A stretch of DNA of 49,634 nt from an uncultured Fidelibacterota bacterium (GCA_902611135.1 CACLYL010000004.1:1-49634); one strand, 5' to 3'; counted from the stretch's first letter, positions 1 to 10,651 are shown. Made by a program: numbers and translations. Notes: generated by a model not told the origin, from the sequence alone.

Positions 1-133
1 TAACACCTTTTTCAGATACTTCATTCTGTGTAGTATGCTTTAACATTTGGTCCTTATTGTCACTAGAGCATCCAGGAATGGTCAAAATAAAAATGAGGAT
101 AGAACAAACATAAATATAATTAGTTACTTTCAT
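1..133 (-). CDS. Partial lipoprotein (N-terminus only, runs off the window start)
   Basis: Manual translation from ATG at 133: MKVTNYIYVCSILIFILTIPGCSSDNKDQMLKHTTQNEVSEKGV, open to the window edge; hydrophobic signal ending in lipobox-like IPG-C. Not in the ORF track. Confidence 0.6.
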   Translation of the reverse strand, partial: MKVTNYIYVCSILIFILTIPGCSSDNKDQMLKHTTQNEVSEKGV

Positions 134-226
134 TTTTCTATTCAGTGGCATTTTAATATAAACAAACTAAAATATTATAGTGTAAATATAGGAAAAAGAT
201 ACCTTTTATTTCAAAAAAAAATAAAC

Positions 227-862
227 CTAATCCCAATCTTCAAATCCGTCTATTGAACATTTTTTTGTGTTTAAAACTTCATGTTCAGCAAAACTTGGAC
301 CAAGATTATTCACAAATGCAACTATACTTAACTCATTTTTATCAAATCCTTCAACGGTAATTAAAAATGTTTCTATGTATTCGCCAGATAAGATCGCCTC
401 AGATGAAATTGGACTACCTTGCGATTCAGTTAATATTAGCCTTAAGGTATGATTATGTGCATATCCTTGTATGGGATCTCCCAATCCAAAAAAGATGGAT
501 GATGTATCTGTATTATAAAAGTTTCGTTGATCAAATCCATAACCAGTTCCTGTTACATTATCTTCAATTAAATATACATTTAATCTTATATCACCTTGTA
601 TCTGTTCATTAAAACCAACATGAACATCAATTTCAGCATTACCATTAGATACATCAGATTTTATAGCTAATCCACAACTAGCAGTTTTTTCCAATTGTAT
701 TGTTGCAATATAATCCCACCATCCCCTATTCATAGAGACGATTGAATTTCCATAATAATCGGTGGTGGCAACAACTCGATCAACCATACCAGATGGGAAA
801 CCGGTATTTTGATATGTATTTATTAAAAAATTAGCATTAAAAGAATTGAATAAAGATTTATC
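227..862 (-). pseudogene. Omp28-related outer membrane protein, 5'-truncated
   Basis: ORF 227..787 has Omp28-like C-terminal motifs (LNVYLIEDNV, Q.NFY, YAHNHTLR, LSIVAFV, EVLN). The frame stays open upstream of ATG787 as DKSLFNSFNANFLINTYQNTGFPSGMVDR (Omp28-like GFPSG..R) and stops at 914-916. The N-terminal signal and CxxC part are missing. Confidence 0.65.
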
Positions 863-1349
863 CAGAGTGGAGGGTGATTTCGATGAGAATGGTGAGAAGG
901 ATGGCGTATGGTCTTACTTTAACAAAAAAGGTATCAAAGAGAAAGAAGTTACTTTTGAAGCTGGCCAAGATTTGGTTCATACATATTTTGACTCGACAGG
1001 TTTGAAAACTAAAGAAGGTAAGATGAAAGATGGAAAAGAAGAAGGTATGTGGTCTTTTTTTGATGAAAAAGGAAATAAAAAAAGAGAAACTGAGCATAAA
1101 GCTGGTAAAGAGGATGGCATTTATTTAATCTATTATGAAAATGGTCAAAAAGAAGCAACAGGTCCCTACACATCAGAGGCAAGAATTGGGAAGTGGACCT
1201 TCTGGCATGACAATGGTAACAAGTGGCAAGAGGGTAGTTATATAAAAGGTTCAAGAGATGGCAAGTGGTCTGTCTGGAAAGTAAACGGAAAGTTGAAGGA
1301 AGATTTAATTTATGATAATGGTGATTTTGTAGAGAGGATTGAGTACTAA
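846..1349 (+). CDS. MORN-variant (YwqK-like) repeat protein, probably 5'-truncated
   Basis: Repeated G.W.(F/Y)..NG.K..EG.Y..G units (KDGVWSYFNKKG, KEEGMWSFFDEKG, RIGKWTFWHDNG, RDGKWSVWKVNG). Starts at TTG mid-repeat with no signal peptide or SD. Confidence 0.75.
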   Translation: MNKDLSRVEGDFDENGEKDGVWSYFNKKGIKEKEVTFEAGQDLVHTYFDSTGLKTKEGKMKDGKEEGMWSFFDEKGNKKRETEHKAGKEDGIYLIYYENGQKEATGPYTSEARIGKWTFWHDNGNKWQEGSYIKGSRDGKWSVWKVNGKLKEDLIYDNGDFVERIEY

Positions 1350-1418
1350 ATCTCATTTTTATATGCAATATAATTAAAGACAGTTCTTAAATTGTTTTTA
1401 GTTTAAAGTTCCTCTATT

Positions 1419-3206
1419 TTGAGATATCGTTTTAATTATATTTACTTTCTTACCGTTATTATGTTGTACTCTCAGCAAGGTAATTATGTTCGTAAGTCAA
1501 TTAGTTCTCCACGAACAATTTTAATATCGACGAATTCAATAAAAAACCTGGATTTTGATTATAAGTCTTTTGAGCGTTTTTTAAATTTTTACATTGAAGT
1601 TCCAAGATTTGATCAAAATAAACTTCCAGAAAAAGTAAACCAAAATTTTGAAAAAAAAGCAAAATTAATAAATAACTATGATTCTATAAATATTTCTAGG
1701 TTACTGAATAAGACCATTATTAGTGAAATATTAGAAATATTAAATGATCCTGATATACAAAAGAGCAGATTAAAAAATTTTCGAAACGAGTCTCAATTTT
1801 ATTCATTTGCAGATACAAAGGGAAAATCTTTAAATCTTAATTCTGAGGAGCTTAAATCAATGATGAATTCTGCATACATTTACATACCTTATATTTCATC
1901 TGCAAGATCTCATACAAATAGGCAAAGAATTGTTACACAAGATACAATTCTAAAATATAGAAAGGGAGTTAAAATAGAAAAGGTAAAATATGATACATTA
2001 GAGGTTGTAAATAAATATTTGGTTGAAATCAATGGTGGTATAATTTGGTATAGACTAAATATTGATGAAAATGGGAAAACGAAAATTAATATGATTGAAA
2101 ATATCACTGCCAGTTCATCTAGCCACTATAATCCTAATGATTACAATTCTAGAAAAAAATATAGGAGATTTTATTTTGGAAATGATTCTTGGAGAACGTC
2201 TCCTGAACAATACATACAGAATGATGCAATGCTCTCTTTTTGTAAAGAATTAGGCTTAAGAACTAAGAAAATTGAAGATTTTCAATTATCAGCTCAGATT
2301 ATAGAAGCGAATAAAAGGACATATGGAATAGATATTGGAAGAGCAGAAGGATTAAATCTTGATGATGGATTTTATATTTATGATCTTGAAGAAGATATAA
2401 ATGGAAATGAAATTGAGCAAAAAATAGGATATGCTAGAGTAATAAAAACCGGCAATAACTTAGAAAATCCAAATGACCTTAGCTATATAAAACAAATTAT
2501 GGGACCGATTGTAGCTGAGGGGTCCTATATTAGAGAACATACAAAGCTCGGACTATCTCTCGATGTCCAAATAGGTAGATCTTCCGATGTATGGATTAAA
2601 CCCAAACATACCTCGCTCACATTTGCCGATATTGATCAAAATATTATAGAAAAGGATGTCAAAAACATTTCAACTTTCGCAATTGGCTTATCTTATAATA
2701 TTGCAGCGATAATAAATTTAACACAGTCATATATTAAATTAGAATTTGGACTTGGATTCCCACATGGGCAAAAAGTCAGTGATGATTTTGGAAATGGAAA
2801 AATGTATATATTATCTCCTTATTTAAATCTTAAAAAGAGATTTGGTAGTAGATTGTTTAACGGAATTCAATTAGGTGCTGGCTTTGATAATTTATTTATC
2901 TCTGATTCAACAGAAATATATGACTATGCCTTTAATATTTTTTCAACAAACTTTAAAGTTGAAAATGAAATTGGATTTTATATAAATCCTGAACTGGTAA
3001 TCATATTCTCATCCCATTATAAAACCAATATCTATCCGCTTTCTGTAAATTTAAGTCTTCATGATAAAAATTATAAAAATAATAATAGTTATCTTTTTAA
3101 CGACTTTTATTTAGGTGGAATTTCTATTAATATTGGGATGATTTATGAAATTAAAAATATTGGAACTAACATTTTTGGTCGATTAGACCCCCTTAAAGTA
3201 TATTAG
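1419..3206 (+). CDS. Secreted hypothetical protein with a central FlgT-C-like domain and a C-terminal beta-strand (barrel-like) region
   Basis: 595-aa ORF with signal peptide; SAQIIEANKRTYGIDIGRAEGLNLDDGFYIYD...IGYARVIKTG resembles the FlgT C-terminal domain; alternating beta-strands in the last ~220 aa. Confidence 0.55.
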   Translation: MRYRFNYIYFLTVIMLYSQQGNYVRKSISSPRTILISTNSIKNLDFDYKSFERFLNFYIEVPRFDQNKLPEKVNQNFEKKAKLINNYDSINISRLLNKTIISEILEILNDPDIQKSRLKNFRNESQFYSFADTKGKSLNLNSEELKSMMNSAYIYIPYISSARSHTNRQRIVTQDTILKYRKGVKIEKVKYDTLEVVNKYLVEINGGIIWYRLNIDENGKTKINMIENITASSSSHYNPNDYNSRKKYRRFYFGNDSWRTSPEQYIQNDAMLSFCKELGLRTKKIEDFQLSAQIIEANKRTYGIDIGRAEGLNLDDGFYIYDLEEDINGNEIEQKIGYARVIKTGNNLENPNDLSYIKQIMGPIVAEGSYIREHTKLGLSLDVQIGRSSDVWIKPKHTSLTFADIDQNIIEKDVKNISTFAIGLSYNIAAIINLTQSYIKLEFGLGFPHGQKVSDDFGNGKMYILSPYLNLKKRFGSRLFNGIQLGAGFDNLFISDSTEIYDYAFNIFSTNFKVENEIGFYINPELVIIFSSHYKTNIYPLSVNLSLHDKNYKNNNSYLFNDFYLGGISINIGMIYEIKNIGTNIFGRLDPLKVY

Positions 3207-3262
3207 TATTATGCGCCTAAAAACTGAAATAGTCAACAATGTAGTTCAAATGAGATTATAAT

Positions 3263-4531
3263 ATGTATAAGTTTTACTGTACATTTTTTTTATCACTAAA
3301 TTTTTTCTTTAGCCAAGAGCCAATTTCAAAACAAGCTACTTTAATCGAAACGATTTCCTCATCCGAAGTAATGGTCGAATCGGTCGGGATATACTATGGA
3401 AAAGGAAAAAAAAATAGACACAAAAGAAAAGATATAAAAAAAAATGGGCTCATAAATGCGTTAGCCGATGCAAGAAAGTCTTGTATTTATTTCATTTTAT
3501 TTGGAAGTAATGATCCTTTATTAGCTTCGGATGAGATTGTCTTAAAGTATAAAAATCATAAAGATTTCTTTTTTAGCTCTTCGAACGTCTCAAGATATAT
3601 TACATATGAAGACTCTAAGATTATTAAAAAGGTCACGATAGATAATGGAACCGGGCTAAAAGTAACCAAACGTTTTAAGGTTAATAAAAAATACCTTTTG
3701 AATGATCTAGAAGAGAAGGAAATCTTAATTAGTAACCAAAAGTTATCAAAAATGTTAGGAAACCCTTTTATTTTAGTTTTACCAAGCGTGAAAAAGGGTC
3801 TCAGTCCCATACTAGCTTTAAGTGCTGACAAGTATCTTAAACATTCAGCTACAGTAATCGAGAGTTATTTAACCTCTAGAAATTTTGATGTTGTTGTTTC
3901 GGAACAAGTTGAAGTTATTGAGAACCTCAACAATGCTCAGGCATCCCTTGGTGATCAAGGTGAGGATCTTGCTTACCAACTTGCTTTATCTATTGGAAGC
4001 GATATCTACTTTCAATTTTCTGGAAAATTTGAAGATGGCAGTTATGGAACCAATAAATATTCAATTACAATTCGAGTTTTTGAGACTACAACAGGCAGAT
4101 TATTGGGTTCAGAAACGGGCTATAGCAAATCACGAAAAGCAGAAAAAATGCTTAATATTGAAGAGGCCATAAATGATGCAATAGATAAGGTAATAACTAA
4201 GGTTATTAATTATTGGAATTTAGATTTACAGAATGGAATTCAGTATAAAACAATTATTCAAATTTCCTCCGAATTTGATAATGAAGAGATTGAAGAAATT
4301 CAATTTAGTCTAATGGATGCAATGGATAACATGGTCAATGAATCAAAAGAAAATATTATAACTGATGAAACAATGGATTACGTTATATGGTGCGATCCCA
4401 TAAAATATAATAAGACTTCAAAGGTATATAGAACTTTAAAAAGTAACTTTAATAAAAAGTCAAATTTAGGTACCTTAAAAAAGATAAATATCAATAGAAA
4501 AATACTTCTTTTAAAAATCGATAATGACTAA
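3263..4531 (+). CDS. DUF6175-like (CsgG/TolB-N-like fold) secreted protein
   Basis: 422 aa with signal peptide; PFILVLP...IESYLTSRNFDVV...LALSIGSDIYF...ITIRVFETTTGRLLGSETG pattern of the CsgG/TolB-N-like alpha/beta domain. Confidence 0.6.
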   Translation: MYKFYCTFFLSLNFFFSQEPISKQATLIETISSSEVMVESVGIYYGKGKKNRHKRKDIKKNGLINALADARKSCIYFILFGSNDPLLASDEIVLKYKNHKDFFFSSSNVSRYITYEDSKIIKKVTIDNGTGLKVTKRFKVNKKYLLNDLEEKEILISNQKLSKMLGNPFILVLPSVKKGLSPILALSADKYLKHSATVIESYLTSRNFDVVVSEQVEVIENLNNAQASLGDQGEDLAYQLALSIGSDIYFQFSGKFEDGSYGTNKYSITIRVFETTTGRLLGSETGYSKSRKAEKMLNIEEAINDAIDKVITKVINYWNLDLQNGIQYKTIIQISSEFDNEEIEEIQFSLMDAMDNMVNESKENIITDETMDYVIWCDPIKYNKTSKVYRTLKSNFNKKSNLGTLKKININRKILLLKIDND

Positions 4532-6158
4532 GTCTACCTTAAAGTTTCTTAACTGTTTTCTTTTTTTTATTTTATCCTCTGATCAAATTTTAGAAGCAGA
4601 TGAGCCTAGTTGGTTCCTTAGTTCCGATATTGAGGGTTATCCAAAGAATGAATTTTACATAGGTGTTGGATCGGGCTTAACCTTAAATAAAGCTTTAGAA
4701 CAAGCACAAAATATAATTGCAACTCAGATTCAAGTTTCAATTGAATCATCAATTGAGACAAGATTAAGATCCATAACTGATGGCGATGATGAGTATTATT
4801 CAGACGCGTATTTTCAAAACATAAAAACCACTACAAATTTATCAATTAACGGAATAGAAATTATTGACAGGGAAAAAAATAAACTAAAACACTACGTCTT
4901 AACTGTCCTTAATAAACAAAGATTTCAAAGTGCTTTAAAAGCTGAGCTTTATGAACTTAATCGAGCTGTGAGGCGTTATCAAAAAATGGCTGAGAGTGCA
5001 TTACTAGAAAATAATATTATAGAGGCAATTATTTATTACAGTAAGGTCAAAGAAATTATACCCCATTTTTTATCAAAAAAAACCTTCTATAATTCTATTG
5101 CATTAAATCCTTTTATGGATTTGGAGAGTAAAACCCTAAATGATGTATCAGATGAGATGCGAAAAGTAATCTCTAAAATAAAGCTAAAAGTCTTAGTTGG
5201 GGATAAACAATATGCATTGGTAGGTAGAATGTTACCTAAAGAAGTGAAGATTCTTGCGTATTACAAAAATGAGAATAGTCCAATACCTGGAATGCCATTG
5301 GTAATAAAAAATAATTCTCGTGGAACTATTCAAGAGGGTTTAACAGATGAAAAGGGGATCTATAGTTCGAGATTTTGGGCAATCTCATATGGAAGCAGTG
5401 AGGAAGTTTTACTTGTTTTTCCAAATCTCTCGGCTTTTACAAAACAATTTGAAGACCTTCCTACTAAAACATCAGTGAAAATTAAATATACGATTATTAA
5501 AAATCCGCCGATGGCTTTTAATTTATCTATACAAAACTCTGAGGGTATAATTCTCCACAAGGTTGAAAATAAAGTATTAAGAAGCCTACAAAAACTTGGT
5601 CACTATTTATCGGAGGATGCTGATCTGAATCTACATGGTAGTGCCAGCGTAGTTGACAAAAAGGAAATTGAAGGAAAAAATGGATTACAATTCCTAGTTA
5701 AATCTGAATTAGATTTGAATTTAACGTTGAATAAAAACGGCTCTAGGTTGGCTAGTTTTACAATTGTTGGCAAAGGTGTATCAAAGAATAGTTATGAAGA
5801 ATCAATTGAAAAATCGTTCAAAAAATTTAAAATTGGGCAAAGGGATCTTGCCAACATAATCGAGAGTTCAAAGGGCAAGATAAATGAACTTCTATTTGAA
5901 AAATCAAAGTTAAATTTTGAAAAAGGAAATAATGCTTTCAAGGAAAAAAACTATTTGGAATCTATGAAATTCTACTCTGAGGTTACGGTTGATCAGATTT
6001 TGGTTGATAAAGCAATTATTCAAATTGCTAAAATCCAGCAGAAATTAAATCTTAAAGAAAAAAAGAAACCAAATAAAAAGCCATCAAATTGGCATAGAAG
6101 TGATTCCATAGATATTTCGAAAGCAAGAGAGAGAGCAATAGATATTATTAAAAACTAA
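4524..6158 (+). CDS. LPP20-domain secreted protein
   Basis: N-terminal EPSW...YPKNEFYIGVGSG...ALEQAQNIIATQIQVSIES matches the LPP20 family; Ig-like segment (PIPGMPL...TDEKG); 8-nt overlap with the upstream gene. Confidence 0.65.
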   Translation: MTKSTLKFLNCFLFFILSSDQILEADEPSWFLSSDIEGYPKNEFYIGVGSGLTLNKALEQAQNIIATQIQVSIESSIETRLRSITDGDDEYYSDAYFQNIKTTTNLSINGIEIIDREKNKLKHYVLTVLNKQRFQSALKAELYELNRAVRRYQKMAESALLENNIIEAIIYYSKVKEIIPHFLSKKTFYNSIALNPFMDLESKTLNDVSDEMRKVISKIKLKVLVGDKQYALVGRMLPKEVKILAYYKNENSPIPGMPLVIKNNSRGTIQEGLTDEKGIYSSRFWAISYGSSEEVLLVFPNLSAFTKQFEDLPTKTSVKIKYTIIKNPPMAFNLSIQNSEGIILHKVENKVLRSLQKLGHYLSEDADLNLHGSASVVDKKEIEGKNGLQFLVKSELDLNLTLNKNGSRLASFTIVGKGVSKNSYEESIEKSFKKFKIGQRDLANIIESSKGKINELLFEKSKLNFEKGNNAFKEKNYLESMKFYSEVTVDQILVDKAIIQIAKIQQKLNLKEKKKPNKKPSNWHRSDSIDISKARERAIDIIKN

Positions 6159-6297
6159 ATTAGTAGAATTTGTTTATATTTATTTTTCTGTTTCTAATAT
6201 ATCTTTTTTGCTTTGATTAATTATTTTAGAAATATTTCTAAGTTTTTTTTCCTTTTATAGAAATGTGGTAACTAAAAGTAACGGAGAAGTTTATACC

Positions 6298-7428
6298 ATG
6301 AATTATTTTTGTCTAATAGCTTTTATTCTTTTCTTGAATAATTGCTCTGTGAAAAAGGATAAACATCTCACAAAGATTGACGCCATCAATTTAGCGAGCA
6401 CCATTTATAAAGAATTCAAACTAGATATAATGAAAAATAAATTAAATTCTATGGAAAAAGGGGTCGTCAAGGTGAATCGAAAATCGATGAAATTTGACTT
6501 TAAGTATTTTGGTGAAAAACCGATAAATGGGTGGAGTATGTATCTGTCTTTGCATGGTGGAGGAGGCGTACCAGACTCTGTAAACGAAAATGCATGGCTA
6601 AGACACAAATCGTTATATGAAGTTAAAGAGGGAATTTATTTAACTCCGAGATCACCATCAAATACATGGAATATGTGGCACCAGGGTCATGTTGACACTT
6701 TAATTGATGAATTAATTAAAAATATGATTGCTATATATGAAGTAAACTCTAACAGAGTTTTTTTAATGGGATATTCAGCAGGCGGTGATGGTGTTTACCA
6801 ACTCGCACCAAGGATGGCAGATAGATTAGCTGGTGCTGCAATGATGGCTGGACATCCAAATGAAGCATCACCACTAGGATTAAGAAATATTGGATTTACA
6901 TTGCATATGGGGGAGCAAGATTCAATGTACAATAGGAATCTGGTTGCTGTCCAATGGGGTAACATGTTAGGTGAGTTACGAAATAAAGATCCATTTGGAT
7001 ATAAACATTTTGTTAAAATTCATAAAAATATGGGGCATTGGATGGGTGGATTAGATACATCTGGTATTCGTTGGATTTCTCAATTTGAACGAAATCCATA
7101 CCCTAAAAAAGTTGCTTGGAGACAAGATGATGTTTTAAATAAACGATATTATTGGTTGAAAAATAACAATCCTAGTGAGGGGGACACACTGATAGTATCT
7201 ATCTTAGAGCAAACCATAACTGTTGAAAAAACAAATATTCCAAATTTTACAGTTTATTTGAATGATGATTTAGTTAATATGGATCAAATTGTCAGTGTAA
7301 GTTATAATAAAAAAGAAATTTATAAAGGACATGTTAAAAGAGATAGTAACATTATTAGAGAATCCACCATAGAGCATGGAGACCCCCAATCAGTGTATTT
7401 TGGAGAAATTGAAATAAATATTAATTGA
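6298..7428 (+). CDS. Alpha/beta hydrolase lipoprotein (esterase/PHB-depolymerase-like)
   Basis: LHGGGG oxyanion motif, GYSAGG nucleophile elbow, MGEQD and MGHW. Start moved from 6265 to ATG6298 (GGAG upstream, signal ending LNN-C). Confidence 0.8.
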   Translation: MNYFCLIAFILFLNNCSVKKDKHLTKIDAINLASTIYKEFKLDIMKNKLNSMEKGVVKVNRKSMKFDFKYFGEKPINGWSMYLSLHGGGGVPDSVNENAWLRHKSLYEVKEGIYLTPRSPSNTWNMWHQGHVDTLIDELIKNMIAIYEVNSNRVFLMGYSAGGDGVYQLAPRMADRLAGAAMMAGHPNEASPLGLRNIGFTLHMGEQDSMYNRNLVAVQWGNMLGELRNKDPFGYKHFVKIHKNMGHWMGGLDTSGIRWISQFERNPYPKKVAWRQDDVLNKRYYWLKNNNPSEGDTLIVSILEQTITVEKTNIPNFTVYLNDDLVNMDQIVSVSYNKKEIYKGHVKRDSNIIRESTIEHGDPQSVYFGEIEININ

Positions 7429-8549
7429 AAATTTTAATGTATTTAATTTCAAATAAATTTTATCTACCTCTCATTTTTTTAATTCTTTTGAATAACTTAT
7501 TTGCGTTTGAGTACAAAGTTAATATAATTCAAAGCAAAATAGTTTATAAAGAAAAGGGTATTTATGCCTGCTTTCCAAATATTTTTACAATCAAAGATAC
7601 TATTATAATTGGTTTTAGTACTCGAATAACATCCTCCCATTATGATAAAGAAGGTGGAGGAAAACGGTACATATCAACGGATAATGGCTCTACATGGTAT
7701 GAAACCAAACAAAATCATATTTATCCAGGTTATAAAAATTTAGAGGGTAACTATACAATAACCGTTCCCAAAAACTGGAGAAAAATTAATAAAGAAGATT
7801 TGCAAAAAAAAAAGAGTGAATCAATTACCATTAAAGTATCAAATGGTTTCTTTTGGGAATCTATAGGTATATATCAAAAAACAATAAATTCCAAAGGCCT
7901 TCAAATCTCTTCAAAAACCATCCAGTTGCCTAAACATTCACTATTGATGGGAACAAATCTATCATCCTATCATAGAAGAGATGATGGAGCAAGACTGATA
8001 GGTCTTTTTGGTAAACTAAGTAATCAACAAAAAGAGAATCAAATTTTTATTTTACAATCTTTCAACGACGGCAAAAAATGGACATTCATTAAACCTTATA
8101 GTGATCCTGGCAAAATTGGTAATATCGGCTTGGGAGAGACAGCATTAATTGAGACTGAAAAAAATGTAATTATTGGAATATCGAGAGGGTCAGATGGATA
8201 TTTGTATAGTTCTCATTCAAAAAATTTCGGATCTAATTGGAGCAATCCAATGAAAATGAATATATGGGGGTATCCTGCAAATCTAATTAAGTTAAATAAA
8301 AAGCTTTTGGTTTGTACTTACGGGTATAGAAAAAGTCCAATTGGAATTAGAGCTTTAATTTTAGATTCTGAAACATTAGAACCTAAGTCCAAAGAGTTCA
8401 TTTTGCGAGATGATGGTAAAGGAAATCCATATGATACTGGATATCCTATGACAATAAATTTAAAAGAAAACACTTTTTTAACTTGCTATTACTTTACATC
8501 TGCGGATAACATTACCCATATTGCAACGACAAAATGGGAAATTATTTAA
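7425..8549 (+). CDS. BNR/Asp-box beta-propeller, sialidase-like glycoside hydrolase
   Basis: Asp-boxes STDNGSTW, SFNDGKKW and SKNFGSNW; ACFP, GET, GYP and DTGYP motifs; signal peptide; TTGA overlap with the upstream gene. Confidence 0.8.
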   Translation: MKILMYLISNKFYLPLIFLILLNNLFAFEYKVNIIQSKIVYKEKGIYACFPNIFTIKDTIIIGFSTRITSSHYDKEGGGKRYISTDNGSTWYETKQNHIYPGYKNLEGNYTITVPKNWRKINKEDLQKKKSESITIKVSNGFFWESIGIYQKTINSKGLQISSKTIQLPKHSLLMGTNLSSYHRRDDGARLIGLFGKLSNQQKENQIFILQSFNDGKKWTFIKPYSDPGKIGNIGLGETALIETEKNVIIGISRGSDGYLYSSHSKNFGSNWSNPMKMNIWGYPANLIKLNKKLLVCTYGYRKSPIGIRALILDSETLEPKSKEFILRDDGKGNPYDTGYPMTINLKENTFLTCYYFTSADNITHIATTKWEII

Positions 8550-8550
8550 C

Positions 8551-9351
8551 ATGGAAATACAATTAATTGGAAAAATATTTACGAATCCCCTGGTCTTTAT
8601 TTTCTCAATTATCATTTTCTTAAGCTTTAAAGCGTCACTTAATGTAAAAATTAAATTCCCTATTTTGATTTTTATCTATCTTTTTTCAATCCCCTTAACC
8701 TCAAACACCCTACTAAACATTTGGTCAAAAGTTGATACAATTAAGAAAAATGAGAAATATTTCTCAGCAATCGTTCTTGCTGGAGGATTGGATTATAATT
8801 GGCATTTTAGGCAAGAAATCGAAAATCCATATAAAATAAATTTTGATAACTTTACAAAATTTAAAAATTCTGAAGAGCGAATATTTGCAGGAATTGGGGT
8901 TGTAAAAAAAGGTATTGCGAATAATTTACTCCATTCAAACTGGGTTCCAAAGCTTAAGCATAAAGGGGAGATTCATAATTATAATGTAAGTTTAAAATTA
9001 AAAAGGTTTGCAGTTGAAAAAGGTCTGCCTAAAAGAAAATTTAAGATTTACGGAAATAAAGTTAAGAGAACTTTGGATGAAGCATCAGAATTAAAAAAGT
9101 ATCTAGGGAAAAATTCAGCAAATAGGTTACTATTAATCACAAGCCAAAGCCATATGAGAAGAGCATTAGCTATTTTCCAAAAGAGAGGTATTTATGTCGA
9201 TTGTATGTCAGTCGAAAAGGTAGACACTATAATGAATTCTATTCAAAGAACTAAGAACTATATACCAAGCGTTGAGGGATTATTTGGTATGAGAACCTTT
9301 TTGTATGAATTTATTGGATATATTGGTTATTGGCTGTTAGACGATATATAA
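8551..9351 (+). CDS. YdcF/ElyC/SanA (DUF218) family protein
   Basis: N-terminal TM helices, AIVLAGG, RTLDEA, LLITSQSHMRRA and LYEFIG motifs. ATG8551 preferred over TTG8521. Confidence 0.85.
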   Translation: MEIQLIGKIFTNPLVFIFSIIIFLSFKASLNVKIKFPILIFIYLFSIPLTSNTLLNIWSKVDTIKKNEKYFSAIVLAGGLDYNWHFRQEIENPYKINFDNFTKFKNSEERIFAGIGVVKKGIANNLLHSNWVPKLKHKGEIHNYNVSLKLKRFAVEKGLPKRKFKIYGNKVKRTLDEASELKKYLGKNSANRLLLITSQSHMRRALAIFQKRGIYVDCMSVEKVDTIMNSIQRTKNYIPSVEGLFGMRTFLYEFIGYIGYWLLDDI

Positions 9352-9358
9352 ATAAACT

Positions 9359-10651
9359 ATGAAGATATTATTTTTGTTCTTTTTGAGTCTCAATATGATT
9401 TACAGTCAATTAGGTCCAACATTTAAAGAATACAATTATACCAATATAATTTTGAGAAATAATATCTATCTAAAAAAATTTAGTGATAAAGTTGTTGATG
9501 GGAGAGTTTATCAAAATATTTTAGATGAATATATATACATGGGTAGAGTCAAAGATGGAAATATAAATGGTTCTTGGATAGAATGGCATGAAAATGGTCA
9601 AAAAAAAATTAAATCTAATTACATAGATGGAAATTTGGATGGCTACTTGACAATTTGGAATGAAAATGGATCTAGGGATTCTAAATCATATTTTTATAAT
9701 GGAAGACTAGATAGTTCATGGACGTATTTCCGAAACGGAAATATCAAAAAGGAAGAAACTTATAAAAATAATATAATCTCAAATATAAAACTTTTTTTTA
9801 AAAACAATTCTCTTTTTTTGAATGGAAAGTTTACAAATGGAGAAAAATATGAAGGCGAGTTTATTGAGAAAAGAAAAAGAATTAGTAATTTAAAAATATT
9901 TGATGATTCTTGTATTGTATCCTATAAAAATAAACGAGAGATTAATATTTCCTACTTTAGGGGAGGCACTTTTAAATATGAATCCAAACCAAAAATTTAT
10001 TTAATTCAAGATTGTCGAGTGGATAGCTGCTATGATGTCCATGAAATCGAGAATGCGTTGATTAATCTAAAAGAACAAGAAAAAGATAAAAATAAAAGAA
10101 AGATAATTAATCAGGTTATTAAGGCTAATGACAGCCTAATAAATTTAAATCCTATGTCACATAATCCATTATCCAAAAAGATAAAGGTTAACATAATTAA
10201 AGAAGAGGTTGAGCAATATATAAATCGAAATAAACGATTAAATGAGTCTTTGATACAGGAAATAAATAAATTAGAACAAAAAATAGAAAAAGTTGAAAAA
10301 GATGATTTGGAAAAAGAAAATAATTTGAAGAGAAGGTTTTTAGAAGGAAAGTTTTTAGAAATAAAAAGATTAGAGCGACAAAAACCAATAACTATCTATG
10401 AAAATAATTTCTTTCGTTTTTCCTATAAAAATCTTGAGAACACCCAAAATAAAAATATAGCAATATTATTTCAAAATAAAAGTTTGGCAGAGCTGTCAAA
10501 GATAAGCTTTTTTGTTGTAATGGAGAGAAACGGAACAGAGGTTTTTAGAGAGGAATTTTCTTTTAGTAACATTATAAGCAATCAGATAAAGCAGTTGGCA
10601 ATAGAAAATTATATAGTATTTAATAAATTAAAAATAATTCCCTTTGATTAA
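9359..10651 (+). CDS. Secreted MORN-variant repeat protein with coiled-coil
   Basis: Signal peptide; GSWIEWHENGQKK, GYLTIWNENG and SSWTYFRNG repeats; charged helical stretch (LIQEINKLEQKIEKVEK). Confidence 0.7.
   Translation: MKILFLFFLSLNMIYSQLGPTFKEYNYTNIILRNNIYLKKFSDKVVDGRVYQNILDEYIYMGRVKDGNINGSWIEWHENGQKKIKSNYIDGNLDGYLTIWNENGSRDSKSYFYNGRLDSSWTYFRNGNIKKEETYKNNIISNIKLFFKNNSLFLNGKFTNGEKYEGEFIEKRKRISNLKIFDDSCIVSYKNKREINISYFRGGTFKYESKPKIYLIQDCRVDSCYDVHEIENALINLKEQEKDKNKRKIINQVIKANDSLINLNPMSHNPLSKKIKVNIIKEEVEQYINRNKRLNESLIQEINKLEQKIEKVEKDDLEKENNLKRRFLEGKFLEIKRLERQKPITIYENNFFRFSYKNLENTQNKNIAILFQNKSLAELSKISFFVVMERNGTEVFREEFSFSNIISNQIKQLAIENYIVFNKLKIIPFD

Noticed and set aside
47-612. Short plus-strand ORFs (47..256, 267..452, 367..612) and the many other short antisense or nested ORFs in the track
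   Set aside because: Shadow frames of well-supported genes with no protein-like motifs.
846-1349. YwqK-like antitoxin implying a toxin-antitoxin system (also 9359..10651)
   Set aside because: Generic MORN-variant repeats with no adjacent toxin gene.
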